Shown in pieces: positions 1 through 9,715 of a DNA stretch of 64,000 nucleotides. The DNA is from an uncultured Gammaproteobacteria bacterium. Lineage in GTDB: Bacteria > Patescibacteriota > Microgenomatia > CAZETR01 > Amesbacteraceae. The position numbers and the translations under genes are program-made. The notes beneath the pieces are model-generated. The model was not told the DNA's origin. It did not search any database and was given only the letters and a program-made list of their open reading frames with translations. Where the stretch lies: NCBI GenBank assembly GCA_964543035.1, contig CAZIVL010000002.1, positions 58,340 through 122,339 of the forward strand, written 5' to 3'. The first letter of the stretch is position 1, and each line of letters opens with the position of its first letter.

Positions 1-107
1 CCAACCATCAAGGCTGGGGTAAATGTGTAGAGACTATATACCTGGGAACCAGAACGGTTCATAAGATAGTCCGACCCTTTTGGTAACAAGAGGACTGTTG
101 TAACTTC

Positions 108-140
108 AAGGTTCGAGGTTCGAATCCTCGCGGGGGAGCT
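108..140 (+). other. tRNA 3'-end-like fragment: T-arm (CGAGG-TTCGAAT-CCTCG) plus a 7-nt acceptor 3' strand, with no matching 5' half in the window
   Basis: GGTTCGAATCC T-loop consensus at 117-127 inside a 5-bp stem (114-118/126-130), followed by CGGGGGA and G. No complementary TCCCCCG acceptor strand, D-arm or anticodon arm could be folded upstream. Could be an att-site remnant, the 3' exon of an intron-containing tRNA, or a tmRNA/tRNA-like 3' end. Confidence 0.3.
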
Positions 141-174
141 TAATACGATCTTAGAACTTTGGTAGAATTGGTTT

Positions 175-738
175 GTGAGTACAGAAGAGGAAAAGACTAA
201 TCTAAGGACAGAGATTGTTTTGGGAAGAGGCTTGTCACCTGAAACCATCGATATGATGAACAGCCAGAGGATTAAAGAGTATGGTGAAAATACAAAAGAT
301 TTTAGAAGAAATGAGCAGGAGTCAACCTTTTTCTTTCTCAAAGAGGGTGAGGAAGTCAAAGCTTTTGGAATGCTCAAGCCCGTGACGATCTATTACGAAG
401 ATAAGCCCTATCAAATCATGGGTATTGCTAATGTAATCGCGATTGAGAAAAGCAAAGGACTCGGGACTATCTTGATGCGACAAATAACGAATTATCTTGA
501 GGAGAATAATCAAGTTGGGGTAGGTAATACATATACGGGTAATTTCGAATTTTATAAAAAGTGTGGTTACACTTTCGTACCTGGTTTGCTTGAGCGTTTT
601 GTCTATATAAAAGATAGCGGAGAAGAGGAGAAGACGGAAACTGAAGGGTATGACTTGTTCGTCTATGACTCGAAGAACGCGCTCAAAGATGTCATAGAAG
701 GAGATGGTCCTGTGGTGATAAAGGTCCCATTCTGGTAA
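175..738 (+). CDS. GNAT family N-acetyltransferase (GTG start)
   Basis: 187-aa ORF; IANVIAIEKSKGLGTILM resembles the GNAT acetyl-CoA-binding motif A (Q/R-x-x-G-x-G/A). Confidence 0.45.
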   Translation: MSTEEEKTNLRTEIVLGRGLSPETIDMMNSQRIKEYGENTKDFRRNEQESTFFFLKEGEEVKAFGMLKPVTIYYEDKPYQIMGIANVIAIEKSKGLGTILMRQITNYLEENNQVGVGNTYTGNFEFYKKCGYTFVPGLLERFVYIKDSGEEEKTETEGYDLFVYDSKNALKDVIEGDGPVVIKVPFW

Positions 739-787
739 TTGAACTACTTTCTACTATGATTCGATCTTTTTTTGTTATACTTTTTAT

Positions 788-1120
788 ATGACAATTGATG
801 TATTGTTCTTTGGCGTATTTATTCTCTTCGCAATGTATTTTATTTTCTCTTTTTTTTCAAAAAGGGGGAAATTATTAAGTATCAAAATTATTTTTGGTTC
901 TGCTGAGGTAAAGGAAATAGCGACCTTACCTTCTACTCAATTTAGTACCAAACTGGGAATTACGACGACTCAAGACATCAAGATTTACGAGTGCTCTGAT
1001 GGAGACCAAAAATTTTACGTTTTGGAGACGACAAATAAAAATTTTGGAGCTATCGGCAGGCATTATACGAAGCTAACTCCTGAAACATTAAAAATGCTTA
1101 AAGACTTTACTGACAAATAA
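788..1120 (+). CDS. hypothetical protein with N-terminal hydrophobic segment
   Basis: 110-aa ORF with N-terminal TM/signal-like stretch (VLFFGVFILFAMYFIFSFF); no recognisable domain. Confidence 0.3.
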   Translation: MTIDVLFFGVFILFAMYFIFSFFSKRGKLLSIKIIFGSAEVKEIATLPSTQFSTKLGITTTQDIKIYECSDGDQKFYVLETTNKNFGAIGRHYTKLTPETLKMLKDFTDK

Positions 1121-1230
1121 GTCGCAGAGAATCCTGTATCTGTATGCTAGAATTAATATGGCCATCTCAAAATAAGATGACCATATATCTCGCTCAAAAA
1201 AACTACATTTTATTTTGAGCTCACTATAAA

Positions 1231-1731
1231 ATGAGTAGGCTAATCACATGTATCTGGTTTGCAAATAATGATGGGGAAATTGCTGCAAAGTACTATGTAG
1301 ATACTTTTAATTCTGCTCCGGGGGAACACACGGCCAAGTTGGGAGATATCACGAAAAACCCTAAGGCGTTTGAAGAAGTTTCTGGTAGACCTGAAGGATC
1401 CGTTCAGACTGCTGAATGTGAGCTGGATGGAATAAGCTTCATGTTTCTAAATGGTGGTCCGGTCGAACAATTTAAACTCAATGGGGCAACTTCACACATC
1501 ATAGAGTGTGAAACCCAGGAAGAAATTGATCATTTTTGGGGGAAGCTATCTGCTGTGCCTGAAGCTGAGCAATGCGGATGGTGCACGGATCAGTTTGGGA
1601 TCACATGGCAGGTAACACCTAGAATCCTGGACGAACTAATGCGTAATCCTGAAAAGGCAGAAGTAGTAGGGCCAGTATTTTTGCAAATGAAAAAACTGGA
1701 TCTGGAGGCAATACGAAAAGCAGGGGAATGA
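1231..1731 (+). CDS. VOC-superfamily protein, 3-demethylubiquinone-9 3-methyltransferase-domain (PhnB-like)
   Basis: 166 aa; [14 protein letters not shown] and FMFLNGGP motifs are typical of the PhnB/3-demethylubiquinone-9 3-methyltransferase glyoxalase-like fold. Confidence 0.6.
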   Translation: MSRLITCIWFANNDGEIAAKYYVDTFNSAPGEHTAKLGDITKNPKAFEEVSGRPEGSVQTAECELDGISFMFLNGGPVEQFKLNGATSHIIECETQEEIDHFWGKLSAVPEAEQCGWCTDQFGITWQVTPRILDELMRNPEKAEVVGPVFLQMKKLDLEAIRKAGE

Positions 1732-2090
1732 GTACAAGTAACTCCAAACATAGGATCTATACAATGAGTGTCGCTTCCGTGTATCCACACTATGTAGCCA
1801 AGGCAGTGAAAAAAGGGAGAACTAAAGATGAGGTGGATGAAATCATTTGCTGGCTGACGGGATACAGTGAGAAAGAACTGGAGAAGCATCTGGAAAAAGA
1901 AACAGACTTTGAAACATTTTTTGGAGAAGCGCCGAAACTTAATCCGGCACGAAAACAGATCAAGGGTATCATCTGTGGCGTGCGAATAGAAGAGATACAG
2001 GATCCGCTCATGCGAGAGGTCAGGTATCTGGATAAGCTGATTGATGAGCTGGCAAAAGGAAAGACGATGGAGAAGATCCTAAGGGTTTAG
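1728..2090 (+). CDS. DUF2200-family protein
   Basis: 120 aa; [29 protein letters not shown] matches what I recall of DUF2200; start overlaps the upstream stop (ATGA), suggesting an operon. Confidence 0.45.
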   Translation: MSTSNSKHRIYTMSVASVYPHYVAKAVKKGRTKDEVDEIICWLTGYSEKELEKHLEKETDFETFFGEAPKLNPARKQIKGIICGVRIEEIQDPLMREVRYLDKLIDELAKGKTMEKILRV

Positions 2091-2552
2091 TAAGACAATG
2101 GCTGCGTTCAGCATGGTGGCAAAGGTGACCCAGAGAAGATATGGTACAAGAAGATAGGCGGCGGGCCTAGATAGGGGGTAAAACTTTTTCATCGTCAATA
2201 CTATAAAAATCCACATGGACACAATGATTATCAATCCTAATGCTGGAGCTCTCAGACCAAAGAAAATAGGGGACCAAATAAAATTGAGAGCAAGCTGAAT
2301 GAGGAAAAACTTGCCGGCCTGTCTGACTTTATTTTTTTGGAAACCCTGCTTCCAAATCAAATAAATAGATATGCCCATCAGAAAATATAACAGCGTCCAG
2401 ACGGGGCCAAACAGCCAGTTGGGTGGGGAAAAGAAAGGCTTGTTAAGAGTAGTGTACCAAGTGGGGATGGATGAGATGGTGAATGGGGTACCGAGAATAC
2501 CTACTAGATCACAGCCGATTATAGAAATAAGAAGCTTGGGCAAGTCTTTCAT
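2079..2552 (-). CDS. tspO: TspO/MBR family tryptophan-rich sensory protein
   Basis: 157 aa, 5 predicted TM helices, Trp-rich; motifs [13 protein letters not shown] and [13 protein letters not shown] are characteristic of TspO. Confidence 0.8.
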   Translation of the reverse strand: MKDLPKLLISIIGCDLVGILGTPFTISSIPTWYTTLNKPFFSPPNWLFGPVWTLLYFLMGISIYLIWKQGFQKNKVRQAGKFFLIQLALNFIWSPIFFGLRAPALGLIIIVSMWIFIVLTMKKFYPLSRPAAYLLVPYLLWVTFATMLNAAIVLLNP

Positions 2553-2611
2553 CTAAACTAATTATGTACCTAAGTAATGTGGAGGGCAAATGGAAATGGG
2601 TATTAGTATAA

Positions 2612-3121
2612 TTGGGAAATATGATCAACTTTAAAACTAAGCTCATAAAAATCGGGGAGAAGGTGATTGTGAGGCTGCCAAGAGAGGCGAGCTCTAAGCT
2701 GCCGTCGCGAGGAATTGTGGCGGTTATGGGATCTGTAAACAAGCAAAAAATTACAACCGTACTGGAGCCGGATGGAGTGGGGAGCCACTGGTTTGAAGTA
2801 TCGGGAAAATCTGGAGATATGGTGACTGTCACACTCGAGACTACCGACGTCTGGCCAGAACCGAAAGTGTCTGGCGACATAAAAAAAGCGCTCGAAGAAT
2901 CGGACAGAGCTCATGAAGTGTGGAAAGATATAACCCCAATGGCTAGGTGGGACTGGGTGAGGTGGATAAACTCCACCAAAAATATGGAGACTAGGAAAAA
3001 ACGGATTGAGGTAGCCATGTCCAAGATGAGATCTGGGAAGAGAAGACCCTGCTGCTTTAATAGAACAGAGTGTACGGTGCCCGAAGTAGCAAATGGGGGA
3101 GTGTTAATGGGTACAGTCTGA
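2612..3121 (+). CDS. DUF1905 / YdeI-OmpD-associated family protein
   Basis: 169 aa; N-terminal IKIGEKVIVRLP DUF1905-like beta domain plus a C-terminal basic YdeI-like region (WVRWINSTK...RKKRIE). Confidence 0.5.
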   Translation: MGNMINFKTKLIKIGEKVIVRLPREASSKLPSRGIVAVMGSVNKQKITTVLEPDGVGSHWFEVSGKSGDMVTVTLETTDVWPEPKVSGDIKKALEESDRAHEVWKDITPMARWDWVRWINSTKNMETRKKRIEVAMSKMRSGKRRPCCFNRTECTVPEVANGGVLMGTV

Positions 3122-3126
3122 AATAA

Positions 3127-3687
3127 ATGAAAGAGGTGTTTGCAATTGTGGCGTCGGTGTTTGCCATCATGGGCAATATCTCTTATGTACGGGACGTATT
3201 TGCCAAAAAGGTCATACCCCATCCTTATACTTGGCTGGTGTGGTCGATGGTCTCGGGGATTACTTTTTTTGGACAAGTCGTACGGGGCGCTGGAGTGGGA
3301 GCGATACCGACTGGGATTGCAGAACTGTTTACTATCCTAATATTTTTATTTTCTTTGCGATATGGATTTTCGCAAATCAGAAAGATCGACACGTACTTTC
3401 TCATATTTGCTTTGGTGGGAATCGGAACTTGGATCTTGACCTCTGACCCCACCATATCTGTAATAATTGCGGTAGGGATAGACTTGATCGCGTTTGTACC
3501 TACACTTCGAAAAACTAGGCTAAATCCCAAGACAGAAACGCCCACGCTATATGGGATGAATGTGCTGCGGCATGGCCTGACACTGATGTCTCTTGAGAGC
3601 TATAACATAGTCACGACGCTGCACTCGCTGGCTATGGTAGTCGTGAACGGGATGATGACGGTCATGACTGTGGGTAAGAAAAAGTAG
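3127..3687 (+). CDS. integral membrane protein, function unknown
   Basis: 186 aa with about 5 hydrophobic helices. Confidence 0.4.
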   Translation: MKEVFAIVASVFAIMGNISYVRDVFAKKVIPHPYTWLVWSMVSGITFFGQVVRGAGVGAIPTGIAELFTILIFLFSLRYGFSQIRKIDTYFLIFALVGIGTWILTSDPTISVIIAVGIDLIAFVPTLRKTRLNPKTETPTLYGMNVLRHGLTLMSLESYNIVTTLHSLAMVVVNGMMTVMTVGKKK

Positions 3688-3693
3688 GAGGAG

Positions 3694-4077
3694 TTATAAA
3701 TGGTCGGAAGTATCTGAGTCGGCATCTTCTTTGGTTTTGTGAATTGTGCCGTCTACATGATGGGGAGGGGAGTAAAGAGTATAGAGCTTGAGAGGTTGTG
3801 TGTCTGAAATATTGATGACATTGTGCTCGGTGCCGGCGGGGACTACAAACGCATCACCATCTCGAACCTCGTGTTCCTGGCCGTCCATAATCAACTTGCC
3901 TACACCAGATTCGATCCTCAAAAATTGGTCAGTCACGGCATGAACTTCGGTGCCGATCTCTCCCCTGGGAACAATAGACATGACGACCAATTGGGTGTGC
4001 TGGCTGGTAAACAATACTTGTCTAAAAAACTCATTTTTTCTGGTCTTTTCCTCGATATTGCCTACGAAACCTGTCAT
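3694..4077 (-). CDS. cupin domain protein
   Basis: 127 aa; HxH...E...H-type cupin motifs (GTEVHAVTDQF ... GDAFVVPAGTEHNVIN). Confidence 0.7.
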   Translation of the reverse strand: MTGFVGNIEEKTRKNEFFRQVLFTSQHTQLVVMSIVPRGEIGTEVHAVTDQFLRIESGVGKLIMDGQEHEVRDGDAFVVPAGTEHNVINISDTQPLKLYTLYSPPHHVDGTIHKTKEDADSDTSDHL

Positions 4078-4112
4078 TACTAATAGTATATACCCTTTGG
4101 TAAAATACAGAG

Positions 4113-4535
4113 GTGGCGGAGCTGAAAACTAAATTGACTAGTCAAGACCCTAAAGAATTTTTGGCAACTATTGAACCCGTCGAGAAAAGAAAAGCCGGAC
4201 TAGTGCTCCTGGATCTATTTGAAAAAGTCACGGGAGAAAAAGGAAAGATGTGGGGGAGTAGTATCGTCGGATTTGGGATGTATCACTATAAATCAGAAAG
4301 AAGTACACAAGAAGGGGACTGGCCACTGGTGGGGTTTTCACCCCGAAAGCAAAATCTGACCTTGTATCTGATGGCAGGATTTGGAGAACATAGAGAATTG
4401 TTGTCTAAACTGGGGAAACACAAAACGAGTGCAGGATCTTGCTTGTATATAAACAAACTTGAGGATGTGGATATGCAGGTGCTTTCGGCACTCATCAAAA
4501 AATCATATCTGGAGGCAAAGAAGAAACTGACTTGA
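4113..4535 (+). CDS. DUF1801 (YdhG-like) domain protein, GTG start
   Basis: 140 aa; overall YdhG/DUF1801-like pattern (KAGLVLLDLFEKVTGE...WGSSIVGFGMYHY). Confidence 0.6.
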   Translation: MAELKTKLTSQDPKEFLATIEPVEKRKAGLVLLDLFEKVTGEKGKMWGSSIVGFGMYHYKSERSTQEGDWPLVGFSPRKQNLTLYLMAGFGEHRELLSKLGKHKTSAGSCLYINKLEDVDMQVLSALIKKSYLEAKKKLT

Positions 4536-4538
4536 ATT

Positions 4539-4958
4539 TTAGACCCAGAGGGCGAGGAGCGTGCCCATGGAGCAAAGAAGGACTAGATAGTAAGCATTGT
4601 TGAGAGCGTAAAGTTTCCAGGACTTGCCCTCCCAGAGAACTGAAGCCAGAGTCGTGGGAGCGACAAAGCCTAGCCAATTCCAGAATCCAGTCTGAAGACC
4701 GGCGGAGACACCACTGGTGCCAAGATAGGACATGGCGAAAACAATAGTGTGGGACAGAACAAAAGCCATGATAAGGGAGCCTAAAAGCTGGATGCCGTAT
4801 AACTTGCCCATCTCGCTACTACTCATATTGATATCTTTTTTTGATAATCCCATGAGCTTCATCCAGGGTTTGCCAAAGATTGGGCCATACCAGAGGGAAC
4901 CTATAACCATAGAAAGAACGGCGCAGGCGAGAACGGCAAGATAATTTATGGGAACCAT
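4539..4958 (-). CDS. DUF1761 family membrane protein
   Basis: 139 aa, 4 TM; SLWYGPIFGKPWMKLMGLSK resembles the DUF1761 signature. Confidence 0.6.
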   Translation of the reverse strand: MVPINYLAVLACAVLSMVIGSLWYGPIFGKPWMKLMGLSKKDINMSSSEMGKLYGIQLLGSLIMAFVLSHTIVFAMSYLGTSGVSAGLQTGFWNWLGFVAPTTLASVLWEGKSWKLYALNNAYYLVLLCSMGTLLALWV

Positions 4959-4988
4959 GGAAGTGATGATGACAAAAATGATTGATGC

Positions 4989-5180
4989 TTGTCAAGGCCG
5001 GTGTATAATAAATTTATGAAAAATGGGGGAGGAGGAGCAGTATATGGACTGGGGTTTTTGGGAGCTCTGGTGTACTACTTTCAGCAAGCAAACGGATTTT
5101 GGGAAGTGATTGTGGGGATATTTAAGGCCATGCTGTGGCCAGGGATATTGGTGTATCAGATACTGAATTTTTTGGCATGA
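4989..5180 (+). CDS. small membrane protein
   Basis: 63-aa ORF with two hydrophobic helices; weak. Confidence 0.25.
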   Translation: MSRPVYNKFMKNGGGGAVYGLGFLGALVYYFQQANGFWEVIVGIFKAMLWPGILVYQILNFLA

Positions 5181-5392
5181 GTGAGAAACGTTTCATTTAT
5201 GGACCTGCTTATACAGACGATGGTTGGACTGTTCGGCCACTTATGGATAGGCAAACAGGGGTGATACATGGATCGTCTGCTTTTAAACAGATTTCTCCTG
5301 AAATTCAGGCACAAATGCCAGTTGTTGTAGAGCGATTAACATTGAGAGAGGTAATCGGTAAAGCAATAGCTTGGTTACGGCGAGACTTTTAA
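5135..5392 (+). CDS. hypothetical protein
   Basis: 85-aa ORF; no motif; overlaps the 4989..5180 ORF. Confidence 0.2.
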   Translation: MARDIGVSDTEFFGMSEKRFIYGPAYTDDGWTVRPLMDRQTGVIHGSSAFKQISPEIQAQMPVVVERLTLREVIGKAIAWLRRDF

Positions 5393-5410
5393 AGTTGCTA
5401 CAATGGATAT

Positions 5411-6610
5411 ATGGATGAGATGACGCGGGTGGTGTTTTTTTCACTATTGGGAGTGGGGGTCGGGGCGCTGATTGCAGCTGTGGTCATGAAGATGCAGGCG
5501 GATGCGCTGCGGAGAAGAGTGAAGTATGAGGCACTTCTTGGAAGTCTGGGAGAAGGGATCGTGGTGACAGATGAAAAAGGAAATATAGAGCTAATTAACA
5601 AACAGGCGGAAGTGCTCGTGGGTTGGAGAAATGAGGAAGTGGTGGGAAAGAAATGGTATGAGATTGCCCCTCTGGAAAATGAAAAGGGTGAGCGAATCCC
5701 GCCGGAAAAAAGAGCTACCCAGGTGGTACTCACCACTGGTAAAGCGAGATCAAATGACAAATACAGTTATGTAAGACGGGATGGAACAAAATTTGCCGTA
5801 GGGACGACGGCGGCGCCGATTGTCGTGAACGGCAAGATAGTGGGAGTAATCGCGGTATTTCGTGACATTAGCCACGAAAAAGAAGTGGACCGAGCCAAAA
5901 GTGAATTTGTGTCACTGGCTTCACACCAGCTGAAGACTCCACTATCTGCTATCAAATGGTTTTCGGAAATGCTTTTGTCTGGAGACGTAGGAGCTCTAAA
6001 TGATGGACAGAAAGAATATGTAGACAACATTAACCAATCCAATGAAAGAATGATCACTCTGGTCAACTCACTTCTAAATATCTCGCGAATAGAATCGGGG
6101 AGAATAATAGTAGACCCGGAACCCACTGACATGTCTAAACTGCTGTCTGAGGTGACGGTAGGACTTAAGGCCAAGCTCGAGGAAAAACATATTGACCTGG
6201 TGGTGCAAGTACAAGATGGATTGCCCCTTATAGAAGTGGATCCAAAACTGATATCCCAGGTGTATGTAAACTTGCTCACAAATGCGATCAAATACTCACC
6301 AAAAGACAGTAAGGTGGTAGTGAGTGTGGTGAAAGATGGTGATGAAGTCCTGTCGCAAGTCTCGGACCGAGGATATGGAATACCCAAAGAGGAGCAACAC
6401 CGACTGTTTGATAAATTTTACCGGGGATCAAATGTCGTCAAATTGGAAACTGATGGAACGGGGTTGGGACTGTATCTGGTCAAAGCCATAATCACATCTT
6501 CGCAGGGGCGAATATGGTATGAATCTGAAGAGGGGAAGGGAACAAGCTTTTGGTTTGCATTACCCATCTCTGGTATGATCGCAAAAGAAGGGGAAGTGGG
6601 GCTGATATGA
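5411..6610 (+). CDS. PAS-domain sensor histidine kinase
   Basis: 399 aa; N-terminal TM, PAS-like region, H-box SLASHQLKTPLSAIKW, N/G1/G2 boxes (LLTNAIKYSP, DRGYGIP, GTGLGLYLVKAI). Confidence 0.9.
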   Translation: MDEMTRVVFFSLLGVGVGALIAAVVMKMQADALRRRVKYEALLGSLGEGIVVTDEKGNIELINKQAEVLVGWRNEEVVGKKWYEIAPLENEKGERIPPEKRATQVVLTTGKARSNDKYSYVRRDGTKFAVGTTAAPIVVNGKIVGVIAVFRDISHEKEVDRAKSEFVSLASHQLKTPLSAIKWFSEMLLSGDVGALNDGQKEYVDNINQSNERMITLVNSLLNISRIESGRIIVDPEPTDMSKLLSEVTVGLKAKLEEKHIDLVVQVQDGLPLIEVDPKLISQVYVNLLTNAIKYSPKDSKVVVSVVKDGDEVLSQVSDRGYGIPKEEQHRLFDKFYRGSNVVKLETDGTGLGLYLVKAIITSSQGRIWYESEEGKGTSFWFALPISGMIAKEGEVGLI

Positions 6611-6972
6611 AAAAAATCTTGATTGCAGAAGACGATAAATTTTTGGCCAATGCATATAGAGTCAAACTAGAAAAAGCCGGGTTTGAACTAAAAATTGCTG
6701 CCGATGGGGTGGAGGCTGTCGAAATACTCAAGACTTTTGTACCAGATGCCATCATGCTGGATCTGGTTATGCCCAACAAAGATGGGTTTGCCACACTTGA
6801 GGAGATAAAAAAAGATCCGAGACTCCAAAAAATCCCGGTACTGGTGGCATCTAATCTGGGACAAAAGGAGGATATTGAGAGAGCAAAGAAGCTGGGAGCG
6901 GGAGATTATGTGGTGAAGAGCGACCTGTCTATGAGTGATCTCGTATCCAAGGTGAACTCTTTGGTACAATGA
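6607..6972 (+). CDS. single-domain response regulator (CheY-like receiver)
   Basis: MKKILIAEDD...IMLDLVMPNKDGF...VLVASNLG...GAGDYVVKS; start overlaps the HK stop (ATGA). Confidence 0.9.
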   Translation: MKKILIAEDDKFLANAYRVKLEKAGFELKIAADGVEAVEILKTFVPDAIMLDLVMPNKDGFATLEEIKKDPRLQKIPVLVASNLGQKEDIERAKKLGAGDYVVKSDLSMSDLVSKVNSLVQ

Positions 6973-6976
6973 TTTT

Positions 6977-8662
6977 ATGCAACTGCCCTATCAAGATGCT
7001 GCCTTGTATCAGGCTCTTTCGGAACTCCAGGTAATAGAAAAAAACAAGCTGGATGAGGCTTATTTGGAAAGCCAGCAGAAAAAACTGAATCTGGCCAAAA
7101 TCCTTTTGGATAGAAACCTAATTGCGGATGAAAACCTGGGAAGAGTGGAGGCGGAACTGGCGGGGGTGCCGCTCGCTCGCCTGGGGGAAGTGGCGATACC
7201 GGACGATGTACTTCGAGTAGTGCCCGAGGTGATGGCGCGAAAGCAAAAAGTAATCGCTTTTGGACATGATGCCGCTGGCTGGAAACTGGCGATGGCAAAT
7301 CCCACTAACACTGAAGTCAGAGACTTTATCGCCAAAAAGACAGGAGAAAAAATAAATGTGTACTATGCCACTGAGCGAGACTTGGACATGGCCATGGGCT
7401 TCTATAAAAAAGATCTACAAAAATCTTTTGATGAACTGCTGGCGGCGCAGGTAAGTGAGGCCAGCCGGGGGGGACCGGCTAAATCTGAGGCGCCGATTAT
7501 AAAAATAGTCAGTCTCTTAATCGAATACGCGTTTGCCAACCGAGCATCGGATATCCATATAGATCCGGAGAAAAAGATAACTATTGTGCGATTTAGGGTA
7601 GATGGAGTGCTACATGATGTACTGGAACTGTCTCCTGAGATACAAGAACAAGTGGTGTCAAAGATAAAAGTGGCATCCAGACTACGAACTGATGAACATC
7701 TATCTGCTCAGGACGGGAAGATGCAGGCGATGGTCGAGAATGAAGAATTGGATATCCGTGTGTCAATAGTCCCGGTCGTGCATGGTGAGAAAATCGTGAT
7801 GCGCCTTCTGTCGTCTGGGATCAGGCAACTATCGATAGGAGACTTGGGAATGAGTGAAGTGGATCTGCAAAAAGTAAAAAGTGGATTTGATAAACCATAT
7901 GGAATGGTCCTGGTCACGGGGCCCACTGGATCAGGGAAGACGACGACTATCTATACAATTCTCAAAATTCTAAATGTGCGGGAGATCAATATCGCGAGTA
8001 TCGAAGATCCGGTGGAATATGACATCGAAGGTATTAACCAGATCCAAGTGAACCCTAAGACGAACCTGACATTTGCCAATGGACTCCGAGCAATCTTGCG
8101 TCAGGATCCAAATGCGATATTTGTGGGAGAAATCCGGGATGCGGAAACTGCCGATATCGCCGTCAACTCGGCCATGACGGGACACTTGGTCCTGTCGACC
8201 TTGCACACCAACGATGCAGCCACGACACTGCCGAGACTAATTGATATGGGAGTGGAACCCTTTTTGGTGGCATCGACTGTAAATATCATTGTGGGACAAA
8301 GACTTGTTCGAAAAATATGTGAGAAGTGCCGAGTATCACAGACTCTGACGCCTACTGAAGTGACAAGACACTTGCCGGAGGAGCTGGTCACGAAAGTATT
8401 TGGGACGGGAGAAATACGGGTGTATATGGGTAAGGGGTGCCCGGTGTGTCATGGAACAGGGTATACGGGGAGAGCGGGAATATTTGAAGTGTTGGAGATG
8501 ACCCCTGCTATCAAAGAGCTGATTATGAATAAAGCAGATGCCGACAAAATCCGTAAAGAAGCAGTGACTGCCGGTATGACTACAATGCTAGAAAATGGAC
8601 TCAAAAAAGCCGCTGCCGGTGTAACCACCATAGACGAAGTTATTCGAGTAACCAAAGAATAA
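6977..8662 (+). CDS. pilB: type IV pilus assembly ATPase PilB (GspE family)
   Basis: 561 aa; N-terminal GspII_E_N-like region, Walker A VTGPTGSGKTTT, His-box LVLSTLHTNDA, tetracysteine motif CEKC...CPVCHGTG. Confidence 0.9.
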   Translation: MQLPYQDAALYQALSELQVIEKNKLDEAYLESQQKKLNLAKILLDRNLIADENLGRVEAELAGVPLARLGEVAIPDDVLRVVPEVMARKQKVIAFGHDAAGWKLAMANPTNTEVRDFIAKKTGEKINVYYATERDLDMAMGFYKKDLQKSFDELLAAQVSEASRGGPAKSEAPIIKIVSLLIEYAFANRASDIHIDPEKKITIVRFRVDGVLHDVLELSPEIQEQVVSKIKVASRLRTDEHLSAQDGKMQAMVENEELDIRVSIVPVVHGEKIVMRLLSSGIRQLSIGDLGMSEVDLQKVKSGFDKPYGMVLVTGPTGSGKTTTIYTILKILNVREINIASIEDPVEYDIEGINQIQVNPKTNLTFANGLRAILRQDPNAIFVGEIRDAETADIAVNSAMTGHLVLSTLHTNDAATTLPRLIDMGVEPFLVASTVNIIVGQRLVRKICEKCRVSQTLTPTEVTRHLPEELVTKVFGTGEIRVYMGKGCPVCHGTGYTGRAGIFEVLEMTPAIKELIMNKADADKIRKEAVTAGMTTMLENGLKKAAAGVTTIDEVIRVTKE

Positions 8663-8667
8663 ATAAT

Positions 8668-9714
8668 ATGAGCGTATCGCCGGTAGAAAAACTTCTTCTG
8701 ACCAAACACTTGGCCATAATGCTCAAAGCCGGAATACCCCTGACTGAAGCCGTGAATGTGGTGATCGCACAGACGAAAAATAGCGCGTTCAAAAAACTCC
8801 TAGGGGGAATTGAGGCAAATCTGAGAAATGGGCAAACACTGGAAAAAAGTCTGTCTAAGTACCCCAAAGTATTTGATCCTCTATACCGAAGTATTGTGGC
8901 AATCGGGGAAGAGTCAGGGGTCTTGGAAAAAAACCTAAATTATTTGGCATCACAACTGGAAAGAACTTATGAATTTAGACGAAAAGTACAAGGGGCCCTC
9001 TTGTACCCGGTAATAGTCCTGATAACAATGGCGATTGTGGGGAGTGGCATAGCTTTGTTTGTGCTGCCACAACTTGTGGATCTGTTTGCCTCGCTGGAGG
9101 TGGAGCTGCCAATGTCTACCAAGGTGCTGCTGTTTGTGGCAACGGCTATGAAATCGCATGGAGTGATAATAATTGCCAGCTTGTTTGGGGCTGTGGGTCT
9201 ATTTGCATTACTTGTACAGACAAGACCCATCAAGCCTATTTGGCAGAGATTTCTTTTGAGACTGCCTATATTTGGTAACTTGAGACAACAAATGGAGATG
9301 GCTATGTTTTGTCGCAATTTGGGCATCATGCTTCGATCTGGACTGCCTATTGCCTCGGCTCTCAAATCTTGTGGTGAAGCCACGGAAAACCTGATCTATA
9401 AATCATATGTCTTGGGATTGGAAAGAGCAGTAGATGGGGGATCGACAATCGAAAACGAGCTTTCCAATGGAAAATATCCACTGGTGCCTACAATGGTGAC
9501 GAAGATGGTGGGGATTGGGGAAAAGTCAGGAAATCTGGATGAAGTACTTTTATATTTGGCGGACTTTTTTGAAGAAGAAGTGGATCATATGACAAAGAGT
9601 CTGTCTACGATACTTGAGCCGGTACTCTTGTTTGCTATTGCCATGGTGGTCGGATTTTTGGCATTGTCTATCATCTCACCTATCTATAAATTTACTGGTA
9701 GTGTAGGGAACTGA
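8668..9714 (+). CDS. pilC: type IV pilus platform protein PilC (GspF family)
   Basis: 348 aa, duplicated GspF-type domains with 3 TM segments. Confidence 0.85.
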   Translation: MSVSPVEKLLLTKHLAIMLKAGIPLTEAVNVVIAQTKNSAFKKLLGGIEANLRNGQTLEKSLSKYPKVFDPLYRSIVAIGEESGVLEKNLNYLASQLERTYEFRRKVQGALLYPVIVLITMAIVGSGIALFVLPQLVDLFASLEVELPMSTKVLLFVATAMKSHGVIIIASLFGAVGLFALLVQTRPIKPIWQRFLLRLPIFGNLRQQMEMAMFCRNLGIMLRSGLPIASALKSCGEATENLIYKSYVLGLERAVDGGSTIENELSNGKYPLVPTMVTKMVGIGEKSGNLDEVLLYLADFFEEEVDHMTKSLSTILEPVLLFAIAMVVGFLALSIISPIYKFTGSVGN

Positions 9715-9715
9715 T

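Noticed and set aside
50-145. A complete tRNA gene at the left edge
   Set aside because: Only a T-arm and acceptor 3' strand fold convincingly. No complementary 5' acceptor strand (needed: TCCCCCG), D-arm or anticodon arm with U33 could be built from positions 1-113. It is therefore kept as a 3'-fragment only.
5398-6387. Minus-strand ORFs (5398..5760, 5767..6387) antisense to the histidine kinase gene
   Set aside because: They lie fully inside a well-supported plus-strand CDS, have low-complexity Ser/Thr-rich translations and no motifs. The same applies to other embedded antisense ORFs (e.g. 7060..7335, 10635..11165, 12706..13233, 15971..16348, 16973..17452, 17518..18132, 19953..20285, 24672..25166, 31813..32346, 41629..42051, 44702..45163, 50311..50823).
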